This document shows positions 51,096-64,000 of a stretch of DNA of 64,000 bases, in pieces. A program made the position numbers and the translations under genes. This DNA comes from Mobula hypostoma (Eukaryota). Positions within the stretch are counted from its first letter, which is position 1. Each line of letters opens with the position of its first letter. The stretch is taken from the NCBI RefSeq assembly GCF_963921235.1, contig NC_086097.1, forward strand, positions 109,432,001 to 109,496,000. Direction: 5' to 3'. The notes under the pieces are model-generated. The model did not search any database and had not been told where the DNA came from. It saw only the letters and a program-made list of their open reading frames with translations.

Positions 51096-51487
51096 GACAA
51101 TTCACTGATCCTAACTGACTAAAGTAAAGATTCAACAGTCTGCTCTCTATTTGGAAATCCCAATGGTTTGACATGTAGTGCATCATCTTTTTCAACTCAG
51201 AAAGACGCATTCTTGTGGTCCCCTTTCAGCTCACAGGTGGTTCCATTTTCTTGCATTCCCTTAAAACTCACTATAGCCTGTGTTCCACCTTCCCTCTAAA
51301 CTATCCATAATCCCATTTTGTTTGTTCCTTTTAAACTCATTGTGTTCACTGGGAAATACATTGCAATATTAAGGTCAGTGCCCATGATGGAGCTAACTAA
51401 GTTTACAGCTCTCTGCAGCTTATTTTGATCCTCCACCACTCCCATACCAGTTGGTGATGTGGCCAGTTAGAATGCTCTCCAAGGTAT

Positions 51488-52372
51488 AGAACATAGAAAA
51501 CCTACAGCACAGTACAGGCCCTTTGGCCCACAATGCTGTGCCGAACATGTACTTACTTTAGAAATTACCCAGGATTACCCTTCTAAGCTTAATGTACCTA
51601 TCCAGGAGTCTCTTAAAAGACCCTATCGTATCCGCCTCCACCACCATCGCTGGCAGCCCATTCCACGCACTCACCACTCTCTCCATTAAAAAAAAACAAC
51701 AACTTATCCCTGACATCTCCTCTATACCTACTTCCAAGCACGTTAAAACTATGCCCTCTCGTGCTGGCCATTTCAGCCCTGGGAAAAAGCCTCTGACTAT
51801 CCACACGATCAATGCCTCTCATCATCTTATACACCTCAATCAGGTCACCTCTGATCCTCCGCTGCTCCAAGGAGAAAAGGCTGAGTTAACTCAACCTATT
51901 CTCATAAGGCATGCTCCCCAGTCCAGGCAACATCCTTGTAAATCTCCTCTGCACCCTTCGTATAGTTTCCACATCCTTCTAGTGAGGCGACCAGAACTGA
52001 GCACAGTACTCCAAGTGTGGTCTGACCAGGGTCCTACATAGCTGTAGGACTCTGCTCCTAAACTTAATCCCATGATTGATGAAGGCCAATGTACTGTATG
52101 CCGCCTTAACCACAGAGTCAACCTGCGCAGCTGCTTTGAGTGTCCTTTGGACTTGGACCCCAAGATCCCTCTGATCCTTCACACTGCCAAGAGTCTTACC
52201 ATTAATGTTATATTCTGCCATCATATTTGACTGACCAAAATGAACCACCTCACACTTGTCTAGGTTGAACTCCATCTGCCACTTCCCGCCCATTTTATCA
52301 TCCTATCAATGTCCCGCTGTAACCTCTGACAGCCCTCCGTACTATCCACAACACCCCCAACCTTTGTGTCGT
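51488..52372 (-). mobile_element. 5'-truncated CR1 LINE
   Basis: [10 protein letters not shown]…KWQMEFNLDKCEVVHFG…RPHLEYCAQFWSPH plus tail. Confidence 0.9.
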
Positions 52373-53044
52373 ATGTCCTTAGAAATTTCCGAGTGCCTTT
52401 GGTGGCATACCTAATCTCTGTAGTACCTAGGACAATCTTCAAGGAGCGATGCCTCAAGAAGGCGGAATCCATCATTAAGGACCCCTGTCACTCAGGACAT
52501 GACCGCTTCTCATTGTTACCATCAGGAAGGAGGTACAACTCAGCAATTCAGTAACAGCTTCTTCCCCTCTACCATTCGATTTCTGAATGGACATTGAACC
52601 CATGAACACTACTACACTACTTTTTTTAATTTTTCTACCAATTATTTACTTATTTAATTTAACTATATATATAGTAATTCATAATTTTTGCTCTATTATT
52701 TTGTATTGTACTGGTGCTGCAATGACATCAAATTCCACAACATTTGCCGGTGATATTAATTCTGATTCTGAAATGAAGTGAATTATGTGTGTTGGCATAT
52801 TAATATAACATCCAATAGTGTGGAAATGATCCTAGCCCAGTACCATTAAAGTCCTGAGCTTGCTGGATGATTAGAGTTTACTCTATTGCATTATGCTTGT
52901 GAAGTCTCAAATTTGTTAAAGCCAGCAACAATTTAGAGCTGGAATAACACTCACTGATGTTTGCAACAAGGCACGTAGCATGAACTTGAATGTTTTATTG
53001 TCTGGTTCAGCTTGGAGATATTTTCTAATCTGTGTTCAGCAAAA

Positions 53045-53518
53045 TGGTGTATAAAATGATGAAAGGCATTGTTTGTGTGGATAGCCAGAGGCTATTTTCC
53101 AGGGTTGAGATGGCTAACATGAAGGGGTATGGTTTTAAGGTACTTGGAAGCAGGTTCAAGGGGGATGTCAGAGGTAAGTTTTTGACACAGAGAGCGGTGG
53201 GTGCGTGGAATGCACTGCCAGCGAAGGTGGTAGAGGCGGATACAATAGGGTCTCTTAAGAGACTCTCAGGGGCTTCTTCACGCAGAGAGTGGTGAGAGTG
53301 TGGAATGAGCTGCCAGATGAAGTGGTAAATGCGGGCTCACTTTTAACATTTAAGAAAAACTTGGACAGGTACATGGATGAGAGGTGTATGGAGTGATATG
53401 GTCAGTGGGACTAGGCAGTAAAATGGTTCGGCATGGCAAAGGAGGGACAAAAGGCCTGTTTCTGTGCTGTAATGTTCTATGGTTCTAGGTACATGGAGCT
53501 TAGAAAAATAGAGGGCTT
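53045..53518 (+). mobile_element. CR1 3' end with a second CR1 3' end nested inside (~53270-53487)
   Basis: FxTQRVV-type sequence occurs twice, and the first copy resumes as aggtacatggagcttagaaaaatagagggct after the second tail. Confidence 0.8.
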
Positions 53519-54654
53519 TTATTTTAACAAAATCTTCATTTTCTCTTCTTAACAGAGACATTTTTAAAATATACTTTCCACTTCTGCCTGAATCATTACT
53601 CTTCTGTAATTGTTAATACCACCAGTTAGAGCATCCCTCACTCAAATAGCATCAGTCAGTTAACTATATGTGAACTTCAGTAGTCTGGGTTATACATGGA
53701 TTGCTGATTATTGTCACAGAATTTCACTGATGATAGAAATATAAAACCACAACTTTCCATGTAAACTTTTTGGAGTCTTTTTGAGAAAATTCAAAACCTA
53801 TAGGAACTATCATGTATAAAATAGAAACATAGAAAACCTACAGCACAATACAGGCCCTTCGGCCCACAAAGCTGTGCCGAACATGTCCTTACCCTAGAAC
53901 TACCTAGGCTTACCCATAGCCCTCTATTTTTCTAAGCTCCACGTAGCCATCCAGGAGTCTCTTAAAAGACCCTAACGTTTCCGCCTCGACCACCGCCGCT
54001 GGCAGCCCATTCCACGCACTCACCACTCTCTGCGTATATAAAAAAAATTACCCTGACATCTCTTCTGTACCTACTTCCAAGCACCTTAAAACTATGCCCT
54101 CTCGTGCTAGCCATTTCAACCCTGGGAAGAAGCCTCTGACTATCCACACGATCAATGCCTTTCATTATCATATTATCAGGTCACCTCTCATCCACCGTTG
54201 CTCCAAGGAAAAAAGGCCGAGTTCACTTAACCTGTTCTCATAAGGTATGCTCCCCAATCCAGGCAACATCCTTGGAAATCTCCTCTGCACCCTTTCTATA
54301 GTGTCCATGTCCTTCCTGTAGTGAGGCGACCAGAATTGAGCACAGTACTCCAAGTGGGGTCTGACCAGGGTCCTATATAGCTGCAACATTACCTCTTGGC
54401 TCTTAAACTCAATTCCACGATTGATGAAGGCCGATGCACCTTATGCCTTCTTAACCACAGAGTCACCTGTGTAGCAACTTTGAGCGTCTATGGATTCGGA
54501 CCCCAAGATCCCTCTGATCCTCCACACTGCTAAGAGTCTTATCATTAATTTTATATTCTGCCATCATATTTGACCTACCAAAATGAACCACCTCACACTT
54601 ATCTGGGTTGAACTCCATCTGCCACTTCTCTGCGCAGTTTTGCATCCTATCAAT

Positions 54655-57486
54655 AGACAATAGACAATAGGTGCAGGAGTAGGCCATTCGGCCCTTCGAG
54701 CCAGCAACGCCATTCACTGTGATCATGGCTGATCATCCACAATCAGTATCCAGTTCCTGCCTTATCCCCATAACTTTTGATTCCACTATCTTTAAGAGCT
54801 CTATCCATCTCTTTCTTGAAAGCATCCAGAGACTTGGCCTCCACAGCCTTCTGGGGCAGAGCATTCCATATATCCACCATTCTCTGGGTGAAAAAGTTTT
54901 TCCTCAACTTCGTTCTAAATGGCCTACCCCTTATTCCTGTTGTTTCCCTTATTCTTAAACTGTGGCCTCTGGTTCTGGACTCACCCATCAGCGGGAGTAT
55001 GCTTCCTGCCTCCAGCGTGTCCAATCCCTTAATAATCTTATATGTTTCAATAAGATCCCCTCTCAGCCTTCTAAATTCCAGAGTATACAAGCCCAGTCGC
55101 TCTAAGCTTTCAACATATGACAGTCCCTCCATCCCAGGAATTAAACTTGTGAACCTAAGCTGCACTCCCTCAATAGCAAGAATGTCCTTCCTCAAATTTG
55201 CAGACCAAAACTGCACACAGTACTCCAGGTGTGGTCTCACCAGGGCCCTGTACAGCTGCAGAAGGACCTCTTTGCTCTTATACTCAATTCCCCTTGTTAT
55301 GAAGGCCAGCATGCCATTAGCTTTCTTCACTGCCTGCTGTACTTGCACGCTTGTTTTCACTGACTGATGTACAAGCACACCAAGATCTTGTTGTGCTTCC
55401 CCTTTTCCTAACTTGACTTCATTTAGATAATAATCTGCCTTCCCGTTCTTACCACCAAAGTGGATAACCTCACATTTATCCACCTTAAACTGCATCTGCC
55501 ATGCATCTGCCCAATCACTCAGCCTGTCCAAGTCACCCTGTATTCTCATAACATCCTCCTCACATTTCACACTGCCACCCAGCTTTGTGTATTTGCTAAT
55601 GTTACTTTTAATTCCCTCATCTAAATCATTAATATATATTGTAAACAGCTGTGGTCCTAGCACTGAACCCTGCGGTACCCCACTGGTCACCGCCTGCAAT
55701 TCCAAAAGGGACCTGTTAGTCGCTACTCTTTGTTTTCTGTCAGCCAGCCAATTTTCAATCCATGTCAGTACTCTGCCCCCAATACCATGTGCCCTAATTT
55801 TGCCCACTAATCTCCTATGTGGGACTTTATCAAAGGCTTTCTGAAAGACCAGGTACACTACATCCACTGGCTCTCCCTTGTCCATTTTCGTAGTTACATC
55901 CTCAAAAAATTCCAGAAGATTAGTCAAGCACGATTTCCCCTTCGTAAATCCATGCTGACTTGGACCAATTATGTTACTGCTATCCAGATGTGTTGTAATT
56001 TCATCTTTTATAATTGACTCCAGCATCTTTCCCACTACCGACGTCAGGCTAACTGGTCTATAATTCCCTGTTTTCTCTCTTCCTCCTTTCTTAAAGAGAG
56101 GGACAACATTAGCCACCCTCCAATCCACAGGAACTGGTCGTGAATCTATAGAACATTGGAAAATGATTACCAATGCGTCCACGATTTCTAAAGCCACCTC
56201 CTTAAGTACCCTGGGATGCAGACCATCAGGTCCCGGGGACTTATCAGCCTTCAGACCCAACAGCCTATCCAACATCATTTCCTGCCCAATATAAATTTCC
56301 TTCAATTCATCCATTACCCTCGGTCCTTTGGCCACTGTTACATCTTGGAGATTGTTTGTGTCTTCCCTAGTGAGGACAGATCCGAAGTACCTGTTCAACT
56401 CATCTGCCATTTCCTTGTCGCCCATAATAAGTTCACCCACTTCTATCTTCAAGGGCCCAGTTTTGGTCTTAACTATTTTTTCCCTCTTCACATACCTAAA
56501 GAAGTTTTTACTATCTTCCTTTATATTCTTGGCTAGTTTACCTTCGTACCTCATTTTTTCTCCGCGTATTGCCCTTTTAGTTACCTTCTGTTGCTCTTTA
56601 AAAGTTTCCCAATCCTCCAGCTTCCCACTCGTCTTTGCTATGTTATACTTCTTCTCTTTTATTTTTATACTGTCCGTTACTTCCCTTGTCAGCCATGGCC
56701 TCCCCTTACCCCCCTTAGGATCTTTCTTCCTCTTTGGAACGAACTGATCCTGCACCTTCCGCATTATTCCCAGAAACACTTGCCATTGCTGTTCCACTGT
56801 CATCCCTGCTAGGGTATTGTTCCATTGAACTTTGGCCAGCTCCTCCCTCATAGCACCATAGTTCCCTTTGTTCAACTGTAATATTGACACTTCCGAGTTT
56901 CCCTTCTCCCTCTCAAATTGTAGAGTAAAACTTATCATATTATGGTCACTACCTCCTAATGGCTCCTTTACCTCAAGGTCCCTGATCAAATCCGATTCAT
57001 TGCACAACACTAAATCTAGAATTGCATTCTCTCTGGTAGGCTCCAGTACAAGCTGTTCTAAGAATCCATCTCGGAGGGACTCCACAAACTCCCTTTCTTG
57101 GGGAAAGGGACCAACCTGATTTCTACAGTCTACCTGCATGTTGAAGTCCCCCATAACAACTGTAGCATTACCCTTGCGACATGCCAATTTTAACTCTTGA
57201 TTCAACTTACACCCTACATCCAGACTACTGTTTGGGGGCCTGTGGATAACTTCCATTGGGGTCTTTCTACCTTTAGAATTTCTCAGTTCTATCCCTACTG
57301 ACTCTACGTCTCCTGATTCTATGTCCCCCCTCGCAAGGGACTGAATGTCATTCCTCACCAACAGAGCCACCCCACCTCCTCTGCCCATCAGTCTGTCCTT
57401 TCGATAGGACATATACCCTTGAATATTCATTTCCCAGGCCCTGTCCACTTGAAGCCATGTCTCTATTATTCCCACAACATCATACT
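54655..57486 (-). mobile_element. CR1 LINE (third subfamily), 910-aa open ORF2 remnant with dead RT
   Basis: (CTATTGT)n tail and TSD CTATCAATA. The ORF 54743-57475 has YLVFQKAFD and ISKYTKLGG (FADD lost). Confidence 0.95.
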
Positions 57487-57824
57487 ATCAATATCCCATT
57501 GTAACCTCTGACAGCCCACCACACTATCCACAACACCCCAACCTTTGTGTCATCAGCAAATTTACTAACTCATCCCTCCACTTCCTCATCCAGGTCATTT
57601 ATAAAAATCATGAAGAGTAGGGGTCCCAGAACAGATCCCTGAGGCACTCCCTGAGGCACACCACTGGTGACCGACTTCCATGCAGAATACGACCCATCTA
57701 CAACCACTCTTTGCCTTCTGTGGACAAGCCAGTTCTGGATCCACAAAGCAATATCCCCTTGCATCCTATGTCTCCTTACTTTCTCAATAAGCCTTGCATC
57801 AGTTACCTTATCAAATGTCTTGCT

Positions 57825-57910
57825 GAAATACATATACACTACATCTACTGTTCTTAGAAATCCATATACACTACATCTACTGTTCTTAGAAATCCATATA
57901 CACTACATCT
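57825..57910. repeat. 32-bp tandem repeat (~2.7 copies)
   Basis: GAAATCCATATACACTACATCTACTGTTCTTA repeated within a CR1 RT. Confidence 0.9.
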
Positions 57911-59086
57911 GCATCAATGTGCTTAGTCATATCCTCAAAAAATTCAATCAGGCTCGTAAGGCACAACCTGTCTTTCACCAAAGCTATGCTGACTATTCCT
58001 AATCATATTATGCCTCTCCAAATGTTCATAAATTCTGCCTCTCAGGACCTTCTCCACCAATTTACCAACCACTGAAGTAAGACTCACTGGCCTATAATTT
58101 CCTGGGCTATCTCTACTCCCTTTCTTCAATAAAGGAACAACATTTGCAAACCTCCAATCTTTTCAAACCTCTCACTGATGGTGCAAAGATCATTGCTAGA
58201 GGCTCAGCAATCTCCTCCCTCGCTTCCTACAGTAGCCTGGGGTATATCCTGTCCGGTCCCGATGACTTAACCAACTGGATGCTTTCCAAAAGCTCCAGCA
58301 CATCCTCTTTCTTAATATCTACATTCTCAAGCTTTTCAGTCCACTGAAAGACATCCCTACAATAGCCAAGATCCTTTTCCATAGTGAATACTGAAGCAAA
58401 GTATTCATTAATTACCTCTGCTATTTCTTCTGGTTCCATACACACTTTTCCAGTGTCACAATTGATTGGTCCTATTCTCTCACGTCTTATCTTCTTGCTC
58501 TTCACATACTTGTAGAATGCCTTGGAGTTTTCCTTAATCCTGTCCACCAAGGCCTTCTCGTAGCCCCTTCTGGCTCTCCTAATTTCATTCTTAAGCTCCT
58601 TTCTGCTAGCCTATAATCTTCTAGATTCATATCAATACCTAGTTTTTTGAACCTATCGTAAGCTCTTCTTTTCCTCTTGACTAGATTTACAATAGCCTTT
58701 GTGCACCATGGATCTTGTACCCTACCATCCTTTCCATGTCTTATTGGAACGTACCTGCTCAGAACACCACGCAAAATCCCCTGAACATTTGCCACATTTC
58801 GTTGGTACGTTTCCCTGAGAACATCTGTTCCCAATTTATGCTTCCAAGTTCCTGTCTGATACCATCATAGCTCCCCTTACTTAAATTAAACTTTTCCCTA
58901 ACATGTCTGTTCCTATCCCTCTCCAATGCTATGGTAAAGGAGATAGAATTGTGATCGCTATCTCCAAAATGCTCTCCCACTGAGAGACCTGACACCTGAC
59001 CAGGTTCATTTCCCAATACCAGATCAAATACAGCCTCTCCTCTTGCAGGCTTTTCTACACATAGTGTTAAGTAACCTTCCTGAACA

Positions 59087-59563
59087 TGTTTGCTGTTGTG
59101 TGCTGGGGCAGCAGGCTGAGGGTAGCAGACACCAACAGAACCAACAAACTCATTCGTAAGGCCAGTGATGTTGTAGGGATGGAACTGGACTCTCTCACGG
59201 TGGTGTCTGAAAAGAGGATGCTGTCCAAGTTGCATGCCATCTTGGTCAATGTCTCCCATCCACTACATAATGTACTGGGTGGGCACAGGAGTACATTCAG
59301 CCAGAGACTCATTCCACCGAGATGCAACACAGAGCGTCATAGGAAGTCATTCCTGCCTGTGGCCATCAAACTTTACAACTCCTCCCTTGGAGGGTCAAAC
59401 ACCCTGAGCCGATAGGCTGGTCCTGGACTTATTTCATAATTTACATATTACTATTTAACTATTTATGGTTCTATTACTACTTATTATTTATGGTGCAACT
59501 GTAACGAAAACCAATTTCCCCCGGGATCAATAAAGTATTACTATGACTATGATTATGACTACT
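59087..59563 (+). mobile_element. Rex1/Babar LINE 3' fragment
   Basis: FAVVCWGSRLRVADTNRTNKLIRKASDVVG…SHPLH…RKSFLPVAIKLYNSS, then CCCGGGATCAATAAAGT and a (GACTAT)n-like tail. Confidence 0.9.
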
Positions 59564-60524
59564 AATAAACTCCACCCAATCTAAACCCCTCACTCTAGGG
59601 AGATGCCAATCAATATTTGGGAAATATAAATCTCCCACCACAACAACCCTGTTATTATTACTCCTTTCCAGAATCTGTCTCCCTATCTGCTCCTAACACG
59701 GTCTCTAAGGAGCTGCAGCTTGACGCACCTGGTGCAGATGTGGTCATCTGGGAGGCTGGGGGCTTTCTAGGACCTCCCACATCTGACACCGAGCACAGAA
59801 AACCGGCCTCACACACATATTCTCTGTCTTTATTTTAAACAGATAACCTACCTGGCCTCGACCCTTTATTGCAGAAGCCCTGTCGAGCCAAAGCCTTCCT
59901 ACTCTGTCTCCCACTGCTCTGACACCCGCTCCTCCGATGCCCGCTCTGTAAATCTGTCTTCCTTTTAAACTCTTCCCGCTGTTCTCACTGGCTGACCTCC
60001 ATGCGCTTGCGCAGTCGTGCCCTGTTTAAATTGCTGAAGAAATAACCTAGAATGGCCTAGAATTTCCTGGTAATGATACACTGTCCAACCTGTCACTGCC
60101 CTGCTAACACATCTGCAATCATTGTTTGCAGATCTTTCAGAAACAATCACATCTGACCATGTCAATGAGTCATTGCATTGTGCAAGACCTTCTGATCACA
60201 ATAGTATCACCAGATGGTGTCCAAACAGATTTTGTCTATCGAAGTACAGTACTTCAACAGTTGATGTCTCACTCCCCTTTGACTTGCCAATTCTGCTTCC
60301 CATGTTCATTTTAAGCACACTTAGGCACATTTGCTGCACTCCCTTTCGATCATATCTCAGCCCCAATTCATGCAGTCTCGTTAAACTCATCAGGGCCCTG
60401 TTGTCTGCACTCACCTTAAATTCACCAAGGCCTATTTCCCACTCCCCTTGTAAATTGACCGGATACTGTTTCCTCTGCCAGGTTCATTGCATAATTAATT
60501 ACTATGTGTGTAATATCTAACAAA

Positions 60525-62063
60525 AATTGAATCCGGGACCAGATGAGATGTACCCCAGGCTACTGTGGGAGGCGATGGAGAAGATTGTTGAGCCTCTGGT
60601 GATGTTCTTTGCATCATCAATGGGGAAGGGAGAGGTTCCAGAGGATTGGAGGGTTGCGAATGTTGTTCCTTTATTCAAGAAAGGGAGTAGAGATAGCCCA
60701 GGAAATTATAGACCAGTAAGTCTTACCTCAGTGGTTGGTAAGTTGATGGAGAAGATCCTGAGAGGAGGATTTATGAACATTTGGAGAGGTATAATATGAT
60801 TAGGAATAGTCAGCATGGCTTTGTCAATGACAGGTTGTGCCTTACAAGCCTGATTGAATTTTTTGAGGATGTGATCAAACGCATTGATGAAGGAAGAGCA
60901 GTAGATGTAGTATATATGGATTTCAGCAAGGCATTTGATAAGTTACCCCATGCAAGGCTTATTGAGAAAGTAAGGAGGCATGGGATCCAAGGGGATATTG
61001 CTTTGTGGATCCAGAACTGGCTTGCCCACAGAAGACAAAGAATGGTTGTAGAGGTTGGTCACCAGAGGTGTGCCTCAGGGATCTGTTCTGGGACCCTTAT
61101 GCTTCGTGAATTTTATAAATGAGCTGGATGAGGAAGTGGAGGGATGGGTTAGTAAGTTTGCTGATGACACAAAGGTTGGAGGTGTTGTGGATAGTGTGGA
61201 GGGCTGACACAGGTTACAGCGGGACATTGATAGGATGCAAAACTGGGCTGAGAATTGGCAGATGGAGTTCAACCCAGATAAGTGTGAAGTGGTTCATTTT
61301 GGCAGGCCAAATATGACGGCAGAATATAGTATTAATGGTAAGACTCTTGGCAGTGTGGAGGATCAGAGGGATCTTGGGGTCCGAGTCCATAGGACGCTCA
61401 AAGCAGCTGTGCAGGTTGACTCTGTGGTTAAGAAGGCATACGGTGTATTGGCCTTCATCAATCGTGAAACTGAAATTAGGAGCCGAGAGTTAATGTTGCA
61501 GCTATATAGGACCCTGGTCAGACCCCACTTGGAGTACTGTGCTCAGTTCTGGTCGCCTCACTACTGGAAGGATGCAGAAGCCATAGAAAGGGTGCAAAGG
61601 AAATTTACAAGGATATTGCCAGGATTGGGGAGCATGCCTTATGAGAATAGGTTGAGTGAACTTGGCCTTTTCTCTTTGGAGCGATGGAAGATGAGAGGTG
61701 ACCTGATAGAAGTGTGTAAGATGATGAGAGGCATTGATCATGTGGGTAGTCAGAGGCTTTTCCCAGGGCTGAAATGGTTGCCACATGAGGGCACAGGTTT
61801 AAGGTGCTGGGGAGTAGGTACAGAGGAGATGTCAGGGGTAAGTTTTTTACTCAGAGAGTGGTGAGTGCATGGAATGGGCTGCCGGCAACGGTGGTGGAGG
61901 TGGATACGGTAGGGTCTTTTAAGAGACTTTTAGATAGGTGCATGGAGCTTAGAAAAATAGAGGGCTATGTGTAAGCCTAGTAATTTCTAAGGTAGGGACA
62001 TGTTCAGCACAACTTTGTGGGCTGAAGGGCCTGTATTGTGCTGGAGGTTTTCTATGTTTCTAT
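60525..62063 (+). mobile_element. 5'-truncated CR1 LINE (RT to tail), frameshifted
   Basis: PGPDEMYPRLL…NYRPVSLTS, YMDFSKAFD and KFADDT, ending in a ttctatgtttct tail. Confidence 0.93.
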
Positions 62064-62411
62064 TGAAAATATTCACTGCCAGAACAATAGTCCAGAAAAC
62101 TCTGCCCGCCTAGTCCACTAGTATCCTAACCAGGCCAGATTCTCAGATTATAAATAATTCAGAAAAAAATACCTGAAACCAATTTCTTATGCTTCCCTCA
62201 CAACAGTTCCTTTCCATTGAAAGGAGAGAGGCCACTGGATGTATGCCAGGATTAACTGATGAATGTGAACCCTGAAAGTACTCCAGGATTAACCCTCCGT
62301 GAGCGAATCTCCCCATCATAACTGCAGAATGCAATGGAGAGCTCCCAGCTCACACTGAGGAGTCTACGTCTGGAGCATAGGCATTGGTGGGAGCAAGTTT
62401 TAACTCCCATG

Positions 62412-62632
62412 CTTTTTTATTTATTGAGATACAGCATGGAATAGGCCCTTCTGGCTCCTCGAGCCACACTACCCAGCAGCCCCTGATCTAACCCTAGCCC
62501 AATCACAGCATTATTTACAATGACCACTTAACCTACCAACCGGTATGACTTTGAACTGTGGGAGGAAACTGGAGCACCCAAAGGAAACCTACAAGGTCAT
62601 GGGGAGAACGTACAAACTCCTTACAGGCAGTC
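62412..62632 (-). mobile_element. HE1-like V-SINE
   Basis: Reverse complement of the 26264-26548 type (GGGTGCTCCAGTTTCCTCCCACAGTTCAAAG…GTATCTCAATAAATAAAA). Confidence 0.85.
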
Positions 62633-63107
62633 TTGACAACTGGACTTCTGGCTCAGAGCTGGAGCCATTGAGTACACATGGCCTAATGTCATATGGGTTG
62701 TTACAGAACACTGTACACAGTAAACCTCTCATCTTACTCCCATTGGCAGTGCTCTCAACAACAAGAGGGAAGAGGTGTAAGGTGAGAGGAGGAAGTTTTA
62801 AAGGTATCTGAGGTGAAGTTCCTTCTTACACTGGCTGCATCACAGCCTGCTACGGAATCACCAATGCCCTTGAATGGGAAATCCTACAAAAAGTAGTGGA
62901 CTTGGCTCTTAACAACTATGAATACAGTATTAGCAAGTTCACATGGAGCTGCCATCATTTCCCAGACAAGCTCAGGCCATCATAATAGTGTAACGTCTCA
63001 TAACCTGAGAGTTACTTACAATTGTAAAGCTGAGCTTTCGAACACTTCAGCAGCTTTTGTGTTTATTATTATTGTGCACAATTTATGCTCCAAGAAACTC
63101 AATGGCT

Positions 63108-63121
63108 CCACCAAGTGGCAG
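63108..63121 (+). promoter_or_regulatory. Candidate CTCF site
   Basis: CCACCAAGTGGCAG matches 13/14 positions of CCASYAGRKGGCRS, in non-repetitive-looking sequence. Confidence 0.4.
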
Positions 63122-64000
63122 ATGTTCAACATTTAACAAGTGCCACTGGGCACTTCCTAAAAATGGATTCAGGAATCACAGCAAAACTTAACCTCATAAC
63201 TAACAGAAAACTTACATTCAATATGTTGGAGTGTGGGCGAGATTAATAGCTGCCTACCAAAGGGCTTTGAACAGTGTAAGTGTGGCTAAACCCCTTCAGC
63301 CACATATACATATGGCCAGCATTCAGCATCTGAAAACTGATGTTGGGATTTCCAGCAATCCATCATCTGAATGGTGCAAAGGAACTTCGCACTGGTTGAT
63401 GCCAGTGGTTTACAGTATTCCATAGCACTTTATTAATCCATCGGCAGCTTATTTACATATTTATACATAAATATATGTTACATTTGTCTGGTTGTGTTTT
63501 TACTAATATTCTATATGTGCTTGTATATGTGTGGACTGGGCCTCTAAGCCATGGTATTACCTAGTAGGTTTGGGGCAGGTCATCAGATGATATTGACGGG
63601 CTGGGCGGGAGGGACATATTCTGCACCGTATTTTACTGATATTCTATGTATGTGCAAAGACTGGGCATCAATTTGCAGGGAGGGGTGGTCAAGACTCTTT
63701 TATTCTGTGCATGTGTTCTTGCATGTGACTGTTGTTACTGTGTTTTAGCACATTGGCCCCATGGTAATGCTGTTTTGTTTGGTTGTATTCATGAGTATTC
63801 ATGTACAGTTGAGTGACAATTCAACTTGAATCAAACTGAATTTCAATAAAGTAGACTGGAAGCAATGACTTGAAGATAAAACAATTTTCTGGAGAAGGGG
63901 ATTCAAAAGGAACACTGTGTATATTCCCACAAAGGAAAAAAAAGTATGGCTGGCAGATCTAGAGTACCTACAGGATAGGACAGGGCAGAAAGCGGAATAC

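Larger units (their letters stand above)
53821..60035 (-). mobile_element. 5'-intact, internally deleted CR1 LINE hosting two later insertions
   Basis: Tail at 53821-53840, RT remnants at 53962-54650 and 57490-58350, EN end to ~59680, then ORF1 start and 5' UTR at 59690-60035. Confidence 0.85.

Noticed and set aside
57825..57910. 32-bp direct repeats reminiscent of a CRISPR array
   Set aside because: Head-to-tail with no spacers, inside a eukaryotic LINE; a local tandem duplication.
60122..60520. 132-aa ORF in unique sequence
   Set aside because: Non-ATG start, no domain resemblance and no clear exon boundaries.

Overview
Repeat-dominated vertebrate genomic DNA, intergenic or intronic. The repeat families (CR1/HER1-type LINEs, HE1-like V-SINEs, Penelope fragments) point to a cartilaginous fish, probably a ray; that assignment is an inference. 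I found no host protein-coding gene, and nearly all long ORFs are retroelement-derived. Contents include many nested CR1 LINEs (one with an uninterrupted EN+RT ORF2 at 31687-34700), a decayed Gypsy LTR element with both LTRs, PBS and TSD (9044-13041), solo LTRs, Rex1, Hero and Penelope fragments, SINEs, a hAT MITE and a Tigger relic. The top finding is a ~2 kb Nimb/I-clade LINE (38896-40872, minus strand). Its ORF2 is replaced after the first endonuclease motifs by an in-frame ~520-nt coiled-coil segment resembling the golgin GCC2, while ORF1 and the 3' tail are kept, suggesting a gene-capturing non-autonomous LINE. Also notable are a ~225-bp RTE-tailed element headed by an HDV-like ribozyme fold (2620-2845), decayed hammerhead motifs in Penelope termini, and an inverted Penelope insert carrying a locally templated sequence. 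All family names come from motif recognition by eye, not database searches.
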